Below, in pieces: positions 9,940-19,270 of a stretch of 64,000 nt of DNA. The DNA is taken from contig JAGVZQ010000001.1 of NCBI GenBank assembly GCA_018302465.1, positions 2,235-66,234 on the forward strand. Direction: 5' to 3'. The notes beneath the pieces were generated by a model. The model was not told the origin of the DNA. It made no database searches and saw only the letters and a program-made list of their open reading frames with translations. The stretch's first letter is position 1, and every line of letters begins with the position of its first letter. The stretch comes from Candidatus Woesearchaeota archaeon. GTDB taxonomy: Archaea; Nanobdellota; Nanobdellia; SCGC-AAA011-G17; GW2011-AR20. A program made the translations under genes and the position numbers.

Positions 9940-11021
9940 TTTAAACTCCTCACAGCATTTAAAACATCATTTATTTCAATTGCTTTCATGCACTCCATAA
10001 ATCTTTCTCCTTTCAAATAACAATTGGATTTCATGCAAGAAGTATGAACATTATTCTTGAAAACGACTCTGTAATTATTAGAATAAGGGTGCCATATTTC
10101 TGGTGTTCCTGCTCCGAATAAAGCAACTACTGGAATATTAAACCCTGCTGCAACATGCATTGCTGATGTATCTATGCTTATTACAAATTCTGCATTTTTA
10201 ATTATTATAAAAAATTCTTTCATTGAAGTTCCTGAAAGATTATGTAGCTTACTTTTACATAATTTTACAATCTTTTCATTACTTTCATAATCTTCTTTCA
10301 TTCCAGTTATTACTGCTTCTGTTTTATATTCATTGTTCAAGATATCAACAGTTTCTGCAAATCTTTCAGGAAGCCATTCCCTGTTCTGAGCATGCCTTGA
10401 TGTGTTATGGATTACAAAATATTTTTTTGGTGATTTCATTTTAATTTTTTTATCTACATACAGTTCCAGGAATTTCGCTTTTGAATAAACTCCAATCGTT
10501 TTTACAACATCTAAGTTGTCATCTATTTTGTGTTTTATTTTATATGTAGGAAAGGTCTTTCTGTGCAGGAATAAACCTCTGTTTTCCGAGAAACCAACTT
10601 TAGTGCAGCCGATTCTAAATGGGATTTTAGCCTTCATTAACATCTTACTTATTTGGAATGTTCCATTATGAAGAATCACAGCTAAATTATATTTATTTTT
10701 TAGGTTATTAGTCCATTTTTTAAAATCATAATCAAATGGAAGTATCTCATTTATGTTTGGATTACCATAAAGAACATCTTTCATTGATTCGGGGACAAGA
10801 ATATCAATCTCAGCATCTGGAAATTTTTCCTTTAATGCTCTTATTGTAGGTGTTGCTGCTATTATATCTCCTATAAATTTTAACTCAACAATTAAAATTC
10901 TTTTTGGAGTTTTAAATCTTTTAAACTTGAATGGAAACATATAGGTGTAATCCAGAAAGTAATCTATAAACCAGAGGGAATTCCTTAAAACATCCTTGAA
11001 AGGGGTTATTCTGTTTACCAT
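9936..11021 (-). CDS. Glycosyltransferase family 9 (heptosyltransferase-like)
   Basis: RILIVELKFIGDIIAATPTIRALKEKFPDAEIDILV (GT9 N-terminal block) and IDTSAMHVAAGFNIPVVALFG (GT9 C-terminal DSGxMHxAAAxG-like block). Confidence 0.7.
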   Translation of the reverse strand: MVNRITPFKDVLRNSLWFIDYFLDYTYMFPFKFKRFKTPKRILIVELKFIGDIIAATPTIRALKEKFPDAEIDILVPESMKDVLYGNPNINEILPFDYDFKKWTNNLKNKYNLAVILHNGTFQISKMLMKAKIPFRIGCTKVGFSENRGLFLHRKTFPTYKIKHKIDDNLDVVKTIGVYSKAKFLELYVDKKIKMKSPKKYFVIHNTSRHAQNREWLPERFAETVDILNNEYKTEAVITGMKEDYESNEKIVKLCKSKLHNLSGTSMKEFFIIIKNAEFVISIDTSAMHVAAGFNIPVVALFGAGTPEIWHPYSNNYRVVFKNNVHTSCMKSNCYLKGERFMECMKAIEINDVLNAVRSLK

Positions 11022-11072
11022 ATAAGACTCCCTATAAATAGCTTTAAATAGCTTTTTAGGGGGTTTTAGGAC
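11022..11072. promoter_or_regulatory. Divergent promoter region with a TATA-like element and a perfect tandem 10-bp repeat
   Basis: 51-bp gap between divergent genes. tataaata lies at 11033-11040. aaatagcttt repeats exactly in tandem at 11036-11045 and 11046-11055. Confidence 0.3.
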
Positions 11073-12260
11073 ATGAGAATCCTTATAATAAATGATTCCT
11101 GCAGGGAAGTTGGGGGGGCAGAGACATACATATTTGGAATAATGAAGTTACTGAGAGAGCAGGGGGACGAGGTTTTTCTATTCAGCTATGATACTGAGAA
11201 AAGAGAAGAGGATTATTCTCTTATAATAAAACATAAAGAAAAGAAAGCAAGATTTCTTGTAAATAAGTTTGGGTTTAGTATGAGAGTTTATAATGAATTG
11301 AAAGACTATATTAAGAATGTTAATCCTGATGTTATTCATCTTCATAATAATTATATCTACTCAAATTCTGTTTTATTAGCTTTAAAAAAATCAAAGAAAC
11401 CAGTAATACACCATGTGCATGACTGGGGATTAATATGCCCTACTTCTTGGAGTGTCTATAAAAAATCATTAAAGGTCTGCAAATCTGTGGAGGGTATACA
11501 ATTCAAATGCCTGAGAAAAGGGTGTTTGCCGTTTCATCATTGGATTTCTACTTACTTAAGAAATAAGATAAGAATAAAATTAGAGAGGAATGTTGTTGAT
11601 TTATTTATCTCTCCAAGTATAAGACTAAGAGATTACTTAAAAGATCATAATATGAACCCAGTGATATGGCTACCCCAATTTATCGAATTTGAAGATGTTG
11701 AGGTTAGAATTCCAAATGGGAATATTCTTCTTTACGTTGGAGCTTTAAGTAAAAATAAAGGTGTGGAATATTTAATTAATGCATTTCCTAAGATAAAAGA
11801 AGAGATTAAGGATGCTAAATTACATATTGTTGGGGATGGACCGGAGAGAGAAGCATTAGAAGAGTTGAGTAAAGGAATGGATGTTAAATTTTTTGGGAGA
11901 GTTCCGCATGATGAAGTTTTAGAGCATTATAAACACGCGAAATTATTAGTAATGCCAAGTGTATGGATGGAAAATGGCCCCTTTGTTTTATATGAAGGTA
12001 TGAGCTCTGGAAAACCAGTGATAGCTACAAAAAGAGGGGGTATAGTTGATCTGGTAAGAGATGGGATAAACGGGTTTATTGTAAGGGCTGCTGATTCAGA
12101 AGCAATAGCAGAAAAAACCATTAAACTTTTAAAAGACAAGAACTTACTAAAAGAGTTCTCGAAAAGCTCACAGAAAATAATAAAGGAAGAATTCACAACA
12201 AAAAAGCATTTGAATTATCTTAATAACCTTTATAAAGATGTGATAGAGAAGAAGAGGTAA
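11073..12260 (+). CDS. Glycosyltransferase family 4 (GT-B)
   Basis: C-terminal GT4 signature LLVMPSVWMENGPFVLYEGMSSGKPVIATKRGG (E-x7-E region). Confidence 0.8.
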   Translation: MRILIINDSCREVGGAETYIFGIMKLLREQGDEVFLFSYDTEKREEDYSLIIKHKEKKARFLVNKFGFSMRVYNELKDYIKNVNPDVIHLHNNYIYSNSVLLALKKSKKPVIHHVHDWGLICPTSWSVYKKSLKVCKSVEGIQFKCLRKGCLPFHHWISTYLRNKIRIKLERNVVDLFISPSIRLRDYLKDHNMNPVIWLPQFIEFEDVEVRIPNGNILLYVGALSKNKGVEYLINAFPKIKEEIKDAKLHIVGDGPEREALEELSKGMDVKFFGRVPHDEVLEHYKHAKLLVMPSVWMENGPFVLYEGMSSGKPVIATKRGGIVDLVRDGINGFIVRAADSEAIAEKTIKLLKDKNLLKEFSKSSQKIIKEEFTTKKHLNYLNNLYKDVIEKKR

Positions 12261-12262
12261 AT

Positions 12263-13702
12263 ATGAAAGTCTTACTTATTAATCCACCTTTAACTGCTAA
12301 AGAGCAGGCTAGAGATTTTGAAGCTGCGGTTAATGTATTACCTCCTTTAGGTATTGCCTATATTGCATCTGTTTTAGAGCAGGATGGATTTGATGTAAGT
12401 ATTATTGATAGCCTTGTTATGGGAGCTACTCATTCTTGGATAAGGGAATTTATGGAAAGAGAGAAACCAGAGATGGTAGGAATTGCTGCTACTATTTTAC
12501 AAGTTGAAAGTGCAGATTTGGTTGCAAAAAATGCTAAAGAAATCTCTCCTAATTCAGTTGTAGTCATAGGAGGACCGCATGTTGCAACTATGCCTGAAAG
12601 AGTTGTTAGGGAAGGACGATATTATGATTTAGGTGTTACTGGTGAAGCAGAGTATACCTTTAGAGAGATTGCAAGGAAAATCAGAAGTAAAGATTTTAAT
12701 TTTGCGGGAGTTCAAGGTTGTTATGCTAAAAAGAAAGATGGAAGTATTTCTTTTGGAGGCGTAAGACCTTACATCGCTGATTTAAATGAACTGCCTTTTC
12801 CAGCAAGACATTTATTGCCCCCCTTAAGTGTTTATACTCCTAGTCCTATTACTTACAGAAAATTCCCAGTTGGGACAATGATGTCAAGCAGAGGATGCCC
12901 TGCACAATGTACTTTTTGTGATAGAAGTGTTTTTGGAAATTGGACAAGACAGAGAGACTACATGAATGTTGTTGATGAGATGCAGGAATTAGTTGAGGTA
13001 TATGGGGCTAAGGAAATTAAATTCTATGATGATACTTTTACAATAAATCAAAAGAGAGTAATTCAGATTTGCGATGAGATAAAAAGAAGGAAATTAGATG
13101 TTACATGGTCCTGTTTGACAAGAGTAGCTAATGTAAATAAAGAGATTTTGGAAGCAATGCATTCAGCCGGATGCTGGCACTTATTGTATGGTATTGAGAA
13201 TGGAAATCAACATATGCTAGACTATATTAAAAAAGGAACAAATTTAGATCAGATAAGAAAAGCTGTTAAATGGGGAAAGGAAGCTGGAATAAATATCAGA
13301 GGTTCTTTTATTTGCGGGTTACCGGGAGAGACAAAAGAAACTATTGAAACTACTGTTAAATTTGCTTTAAGTTTAGGTTTGGATGAGGCGAATTTCTATA
13401 CATTAGCTTTGTATCCTGGAAATGAATTATATCATATGATGAAAAAGGAGGGGAAGATAAGACATGAAAATTATGAAGATTATAATCCCTTAGCTTATGA
13501 TGACGGGGCGGTATTAGCTTATGTCCCAGATGGGATGGATGAAAAAGAACTAAAACAAATGATAAAAAGAGCGCATAGAAGATTTTATTTCAGACCTACT
13601 TATGTTGCAAGACAAGTAATGAATATTAGGTCTAAAGAAGACATTAATAGATACTGGCATGCTGCTAGGGCGTTATTTAAGCTAAATTATGCTTCTGGAT
13701 AA
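12263..13702 (+). CDS. Cobalamin-binding radical SAM enzyme, class B (paralog 2)
   Basis: MKVLLINPPL...GIAYIASVLEQDGFDVSIIDS...VIGGPHVATMP is a B12-binding domain. SSRGCPAQCTFC is the Cx3Cx2C motif. Length is 479 aa. Confidence 0.85.
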   Translation: MKVLLINPPLTAKEQARDFEAAVNVLPPLGIAYIASVLEQDGFDVSIIDSLVMGATHSWIREFMEREKPEMVGIAATILQVESADLVAKNAKEISPNSVVVIGGPHVATMPERVVREGRYYDLGVTGEAEYTFREIARKIRSKDFNFAGVQGCYAKKKDGSISFGGVRPYIADLNELPFPARHLLPPLSVYTPSPITYRKFPVGTMMSSRGCPAQCTFCDRSVFGNWTRQRDYMNVVDEMQELVEVYGAKEIKFYDDTFTINQKRVIQICDEIKRRKLDVTWSCLTRVANVNKEILEAMHSAGCWHLLYGIENGNQHMLDYIKKGTNLDQIRKAVKWGKEAGINIRGSFICGLPGETKETIETTVKFALSLGLDEANFYTLALYPGNELYHMMKKEGKIRHENYEDYNPLAYDDGAVLAYVPDGMDEKELKQMIKRAHRRFYFRPTYVARQVMNIRSKEDINRYWHAARALFKLNYASG

Positions 13703-13733
13703 GTGTTTTAAGCTTTTTTAATTAATTCTATAT

Positions 13734-14822
13734 ATGAAAATTGTGCATGTTACTGGATATTTTGATCCTAATGTTGGTTATGAGGAAACTTACCTATCCT
13801 TAAACCAGAAAGAATTAGGTCATGAGGTTTATGTCATAACTACTGACAGGAATCCAAAAATTCCCGGTGTTAAGATTACAGAATTAGAATCTGAATTTAA
13901 AGGCGTTAAAATAATCAGACTTCCTGTTATTTTTGGAATAAACGATTTTTTAGTTGTTAAAGGCATGAAGAAAATACTGAAAGAGATAAAGCCAGATGTT
14001 GTACATGTGCATGAACCAAGGCAGTTTATTTCTGCAATGCCTGCTTTTTACAAAGATGAACTAAAATATAAGTTAATAGCAGACCAGCATGACTATGATA
14101 TCTTCCCCACGTTAAAAGCGAGATTGACTACAAGGTTATTAAGAAAACCTTTATGTGTTTATACCTTCAATAAAGCAGATAAGATAATTTCTACAAATCC
14201 TGAAGCTAAAGATTTTCTGATAAGTGTTTATGGAATTAAAAAGGAGATAATAGAATCAAGCCTCGGAGCTGATACTGAGTATTTTAAGTTTAATGAGAAA
14301 AAGAGAAAAGAAATAAGGGATAGACTAGGAATTAAAGATGAAGTTTTAATTATTTCAGCAGGGCATGTTGGAAGGATAAAAAGATTAGAGATTTTGATTA
14401 ATGCTGTTTCTGAAATAAAAGCTAAACTTTTAATTCTTGGAGGGGGGGATGAAGAGTACATAGAAGAGTTGAAGAAATTATCTGGTGAGAATATATTTAT
14501 TGATAGGATTGCGCAAAAAGAATTGCCTTATTATTATTCCGCTGCAGATATTGGGGTCTGGCCTTCGAGAGCAACAATAACTATTGTAGAAGCTATGTCC
14601 TGCGGATTACCCGTAATAATTCCAAACAGAAAAGTTGTGAATCACTTCATAAAAAATGGAGGAGGCATTAATTTTGATAATGATTTAAGAGAAAAAATAA
14701 AATTCTTAGTTAATAATAAAAAAGAAAGAAGCAGGTTATCTAAAGAGGCAAGGAAAACTGTCGAGGAAAATTTTAACTACAGAAAAATAGCTGAAAGGTT
14801 GATTAACATTTATAATTCATAA
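13734..14822 (+). CDS. Glycosyltransferase family 4
   Basis: MKIVHVTGYFDP... N-terminal GT4 domain and C-terminal EAMSCGLPVIIPN block. Confidence 0.75.
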   Translation: MKIVHVTGYFDPNVGYEETYLSLNQKELGHEVYVITTDRNPKIPGVKITELESEFKGVKIIRLPVIFGINDFLVVKGMKKILKEIKPDVVHVHEPRQFISAMPAFYKDELKYKLIADQHDYDIFPTLKARLTTRLLRKPLCVYTFNKADKIISTNPEAKDFLISVYGIKKEIIESSLGADTEYFKFNEKKRKEIRDRLGIKDEVLIISAGHVGRIKRLEILINAVSEIKAKLLILGGGDEEYIEELKKLSGENIFIDRIAQKELPYYYSAADIGVWPSRATITIVEAMSCGLPVIIPNRKVVNHFIKNGGGINFDNDLREKIKFLVNNKKERSRLSKEARKTVEENFNYRKIAERLINIYNS

Positions 14823-16339
14823 ATCCGGTATTCTTCATTTTCATAAATTAAATTAAAATCTAAAGTTTTTGGCTTTCTAACAATTATATGAGTTATTTTA
14901 TATTGGTCTTTTGTTTTTTTCAGATCTTCTTCATTTATGTTTTCATACCCTTTAGTGCACTCTTCAACTAATTCCGTTCTTGATTCAAACTCAAAATCAT
15001 GTTTACATACGAAAGCAAACCTACTAAATGCTTCTGCAACATAACGGCTGCTATACACACCAACACCTGAAGTTTTCCAATTTATGAATTCGCTTCTTTC
15101 AGAAAAAAAAGTAAAGCCAAGACTGAATGGTGGAGTAATGAATAAAGAATCCTTAGAGGTTAGATCTTTTGAGTTCAGAGCAACATCCTCCCATGGACCT
15201 ATTGGTTTTTCCAGATTAACTTCATCAAATATTCCCCTATGACCTCCTACAAAGAAAGGAATAATAATCAATAACAGAAGAAAGACTGAAATTCCTAAAG
15301 ATATCTGTTTATGTATTCTTGAACTTGATTTTAATGACTGAATAATATAATTTATAACATAAATTATTGCTATAACCCTAAAGATTACAATTCCTCTCAA
15401 GAAGCTTGCCTGCACTATTTGTTTTACTGGCAATATTTCCGTAAAGAAAAATGATATTATGCATAGAATTAATGTCCCTATTGATAATAATATTACTTTG
15501 TTATGTTTCTCTTCTTTAGGTTTGTATTTGAAAGATATTAAAAATAAAAGAATCAATATTCCGAATAAAACGTAGCTTAAAATTGACCAGGTAGATGGGA
15601 AGAAATGCCCTGAAACTCTCAAACTCAAGAAGTATATCCATTTATCTATTGGCAAGTAATTTGTTGAAGCTGATGAGAAGGATTTAATCAATATATAAGA
15701 GGAGCCTAATAAAAATAGTACTAAGGATCCTATAACTGCCTTATTTATTTTTTTGTAGTTGACTAAGAAATAAAACCCGTATAGCAAAAGAATGAATATG
15801 GATGTTGTTGCATGTAGGTACATCGAGAATGTTAATAGAATTGATGAAATAATATATTTTTTTCTTAAAAAAAATGAAATTGAAAAAAGCAAAATTGGTA
15901 CTGCTATGAAGAATGAGAATGTTGCTATTTTGTTGAGTATTTCATAGCTTCCGAGAACCATTCCTATTTCTCCCCTTAACAGAAGAACTGAAATTACTGA
16001 GAAATAGGATACTAATTTATCTCCGAATAAAGTGTGAGCAAGGAAGAAAACTGACAGAACAAGCAGTGCTCTTGTCATTACATAAACAAATAAGAATAAA
16101 TATTTTTCATCAATAAAGCTAAATAAACCCAATATGCTGTAGAAAGGTAATGGAAGATTAGGCAATATTTCTGATATTATAAGATCTTTGGAGTAAAGTG
16201 AAGGGTCCTGTTGGTATTTTATTATAGATAAATAGGTGATTTCATCAGAATGCACTGGTTCATAACCAACATTAAAGACTGAGAAAGCTGTAACTGCTAT
16301 CACAAATACAAACAAAATCAAAATATCCTTTTTATTCAT
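14810..16339 (-). CDS. Polytopic membrane protein with C-terminal extracytoplasmic domain (possible GT-C glycosyltransferase or polymerase)
   Basis: About 12 predicted TM helices followed by a ~130-aa soluble C-terminal domain. It sits inside the glycan locus. Confidence 0.35.
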   Translation of the reverse strand: MNKKDILILFVFVIAVTAFSVFNVGYEPVHSDEITYLSIIKYQQDPSLYSKDLIISEILPNLPLPFYSILGLFSFIDEKYLFLFVYVMTRALLVLSVFFLAHTLFGDKLVSYFSVISVLLLRGEIGMVLGSYEILNKIATFSFFIAVPILLFSISFFLRKKYIISSILLTFSMYLHATTSIFILLLYGFYFLVNYKKINKAVIGSLVLFLLGSSYILIKSFSSASTNYLPIDKWIYFLSLRVSGHFFPSTWSILSYVLFGILILLFLISFKYKPKEEKHNKVILLSIGTLILCIISFFFTEILPVKQIVQASFLRGIVIFRVIAIIYVINYIIQSLKSSSRIHKQISLGISVFLLLLIIIPFFVGGHRGIFDEVNLEKPIGPWEDVALNSKDLTSKDSLFITPPFSLGFTFFSERSEFINWKTSGVGVYSSRYVAEAFSRFAFVCKHDFEFESRTELVEECTKGYENINEEDLKKTKDQYKITHIIVRKPKTLDFNLIYENEEYRIYEL

Positions 16340-16415
16340 AGAGACTATAACACCAAAAGGTTTAAAAAGTATTATTCGGTTTTTTAATTCTGTTATTTTA
16401 ACTTAATCTTGGGTA

Positions 16416-17915
16416 TTGGAAATGAAAGAATTAATTATGGTTTATCCCAAAATAGGGGTGTATGGAACTGTCATTATAGATTTGCCTTTGGCTTTAATCC
16501 ATGCTTCAAGAGTTGCTCATTCTAAGGGATATAAGATTACAATTATAGACTGCAGGATAGACAAAGAATGGAAAAATACATTATTAAATGCATTAAAAAG
16601 AGACCCTTCTGCTGTTATGGTTTCTTCTATGACTGGGAAACCGATACATTATGCTTTGGAAGTTTCACAATTTGTAAGGGATAATTCAAAAGTGCCTATT
16701 ATCTGGGGAGGAATACATCCTACTTTGTTACCCATGCAGACCTTAGAGCATCCATTGATTGATGCAGTTGTACAAGGAGATGGGGAGATTACTTTATATG
16801 AGACATTAGAAGCATTAGACAAAGGAAAATCTTTTCATGGAATTCCTGGATTACATTTTAAGGATAAAGATGGCAAGCTAATACAAAACCCAAAAAGATT
16901 ACCTACTGATTTGAATGCATTAGAAGATGAAATTCCTCCTTATGATTTAGTAGATATAAAGAAGTATAAGAGAGAAGGTTTTAATGAAACTTCTTTTTCA
17001 ATATTAACAAGCAGCGGATGCCCACATAAATGCACGTTCTGCCATGTCCCTGCAACAGACAGCAAATGGATTCCTGAAAATGTTGACAGAACTATAAGGC
17101 ATATAAAATATGTTATGGACAAATTTAATCCTGATTATTTATATATTAATGATAATGATTTTTTTGTGAATCTAAAAAGAGCAGAAGCATTATTTGAGGC
17201 AATGAAGAAAGAGAAAATAGATGTTGTTCTTGGGTTTAGGGGAACTAGGGTAGATGAACTGACAAGAGCGAGCCATAAACTATTCAGCTTAATGGAATCT
17301 GTTGGTGTTAGAGAGCTGCATATAGGTGCTGAGTCTGGATCGCAAAGAATTTTGGATTTTATCAAAAAAGGAATACAAGTTGAAGATACAATAGATGTTA
17401 ATAGGAAATTAGTGCAGCATCCTAAAATAAGACCTTCTTACAATTTTTTTACTGGTGTTCCTGGAGAGACTGAACATGATTTATTTTTAACAACTAACCT
17501 TGTTCTGAGGTTATTGAAAGAAAACCCTCATGCCCAGATAAGCAGCATGACTGAGTTTGCACCTTATCCTGGAACTGAACTATATGAAATTGCAGTGAAG
17601 CATGGCTATCAGCCTCCGAAAACATTGATGGAATGGGCTGATTTGGACCCTGGAACTGCAGCGAAGAAGTGCCCATGGGTAAATCCTGATAGAAAGAGAC
17701 TTATGGATATGCTGTATCTCACAGCCTTATTTGTCGATAGGAAAATAGAATGGCATTTCCTGTCTAATAAACCCCATTTCTTCTTATTTAGGAATATGTC
17801 TAAGGTTTATAGGCCTCTTGCAAGGATTAGGATGAAGTATCACATCTCAGGCATGCCTGTAGAGGTACATTTAAAAAATTTGTTCTATAAGTACTTAGAG
17901 AAGAATTATGTCTGA
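16416..17915 (+). CDS. Cobalamin-binding radical SAM enzyme, class B (paralog 3)
   Basis: B12-binding N-domain (IDCRIDKEW...IWGGIHPTLLP) and TSSGCPHKCTFC radical SAM motif. Length is 499 aa. Confidence 0.85.
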   Translation: MEMKELIMVYPKIGVYGTVIIDLPLALIHASRVAHSKGYKITIIDCRIDKEWKNTLLNALKRDPSAVMVSSMTGKPIHYALEVSQFVRDNSKVPIIWGGIHPTLLPMQTLEHPLIDAVVQGDGEITLYETLEALDKGKSFHGIPGLHFKDKDGKLIQNPKRLPTDLNALEDEIPPYDLVDIKKYKREGFNETSFSILTSSGCPHKCTFCHVPATDSKWIPENVDRTIRHIKYVMDKFNPDYLYINDNDFFVNLKRAEALFEAMKKEKIDVVLGFRGTRVDELTRASHKLFSLMESVGVRELHIGAESGSQRILDFIKKGIQVEDTIDVNRKLVQHPKIRPSYNFFTGVPGETEHDLFLTTNLVLRLLKENPHAQISSMTEFAPYPGTELYEIAVKHGYQPPKTLMEWADLDPGTAAKKCPWVNPDRKRLMDMLYLTALFVDRKIEWHFLSNKPHFFLFRNMSKVYRPLARIRMKYHISGMPVEVHLKNLFYKYLEKNYV

Positions 17916-18546
17916 TAATAAGTATTATGCTACGAGATTTTCCTTTGATAAGGGCAGGGAAAAAATCTGGAAGGAAATTGCTGCATACTTGCAAAGGTAT
18001 ATTCCAAGAGATTCTATAGTCCTGGATCTTGGAGCAGGTTATTGTTCTTTTATTAATAATATAAAAGCTAAGGAGAAATATGCCCTGGATTTGTATAGAG
18101 ATTTTACAAAATATGCTTCAAATGATGTAAAGGCTTTTGTTAGCAATTGTACTGATTTAAAGAAATTCAAAAATAATAACTTTGATGTGGTATTTTTAAG
18201 TAATTTATTAGAGCATCTTTCTATTGAAGAAGCAGAATCAACCTTAAATGAAATATACAGAGTTTTGAAACCTAAAGGGAAGGTTATACTAATACAACCA
18301 AATTTTAAATATTCGCATAAAACTTATTTTGATGATTATACACATAAAACAATTTATACTGATATTAGCTTAGCAGATTTATTGAAGAAACACAAATTTA
18401 ATATAATAAAACAAGATGGAAAGTTCTTACCCTTTTCATTGAAATCAAGATTGCCGAAATCAGGATTTTTGGTGAGAATTTATTTGAGAATGCCTTATAG
18501 GCCAATGGCAAAACAAATGCTTATAATAGGAGAGAAGGTGGATTAA
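17908..18546 (+). CDS. Class I SAM-dependent methyltransferase
   Basis: VLDLGAGYCSF (motif I) and DVVFLSNLLEHL (motif II/post I) of Methyltransf_11/23 type. Overlaps the upstream gene by 8 nt. Confidence 0.7.
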   Translation: MSDNKYYATRFSFDKGREKIWKEIAAYLQRYIPRDSIVLDLGAGYCSFINNIKAKEKYALDLYRDFTKYASNDVKAFVSNCTDLKKFKNNNFDVVFLSNLLEHLSIEEAESTLNEIYRVLKPKGKVILIQPNFKYSHKTYFDDYTHKTIYTDISLADLLKKHKFNIIKQDGKFLPFSLKSRLPKSGFLVRIYLRMPYRPMAKQMLIIGEKVD

Positions 18547-18547
18547 A

Positions 18548-19270
18548 ATGTGGGAAGGGAAAAAAGTTTCTGTGATATTTCCTACTTATAATGAAAAAGA
18601 TTCTATAAGGGGGGCAATAAATGATTTTTTTAAATCTGGCCTTGTAGATGAGATCCTTGTTGTTAATAACAATGCGGCTGAAGGGACTAAAGAAGAAGTT
18701 GAAAAAACCAAGGCAAGGCAAGTTTTTGAAACAAAACAAGGGTATGGATATGCGATAAGAAGAGGATTTAAAGAAGTTAAAGGTGACTTGATAATTATAG
18801 CCGAACCAGATGGAACATTTTTAGGAAAAGATGTAATAAAGCTCCTTGCGTATTCGGATGATGTTGATGTTGTTTTTGGTACAAGGACGCATACTGCTAT
18901 GATACAAAAAGGCGCAAACATGGGTATGTTCATTAAATGGGGAAACTGGTTTGTTGCAAAAATAATGCAATTTCTATTCAATACTGATAGATTTTCTGAT
19001 GCGGGATGCACAATGAGATTATTAAGCAGGAAAGCTTTAGAAAAAATAGAGCCTAAATTTGTAAATGGTGGGTCTAATTTCGGGCTTGAAATGATGCTAC
19101 ATATAATAAACATAAAAATAACATATCTGGAAGTTCCTTTAACTTATGAGAAAAGGGTTGGGGAGAGTTCTGTTACAGGGAGTAAGGTTAAAGCGTTCAT
19201 ACTAGGGTTAGATATGATATGGCTTGTTTTTTCTTATAGAATGAAAACATTATTTAAGAGATTTTTTTAA
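18548..19270 (+). CDS. GT2 glycosyltransferase (dolichyl-phosphate hexose synthase-like)
   Basis: KVSVIFPTYNEKDSI..., DEILVVNNNAAEGT, AEPDG (DxD-like). Length is 240 aa. Confidence 0.75.
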   Translation: MWEGKKVSVIFPTYNEKDSIRGAINDFFKSGLVDEILVVNNNAAEGTKEEVEKTKARQVFETKQGYGYAIRRGFKEVKGDLIIIAEPDGTFLGKDVIKLLAYSDDVDVVFGTRTHTAMIQKGANMGMFIKWGNWFVAKIMQFLFNTDRFSDAGCTMRLLSRKALEKIEPKFVNGGSNFGLEMMLHIINIKITYLEVPLTYEKRVGESSVTGSKVKAFILGLDMIWLVFSYRMKTLFKRFF

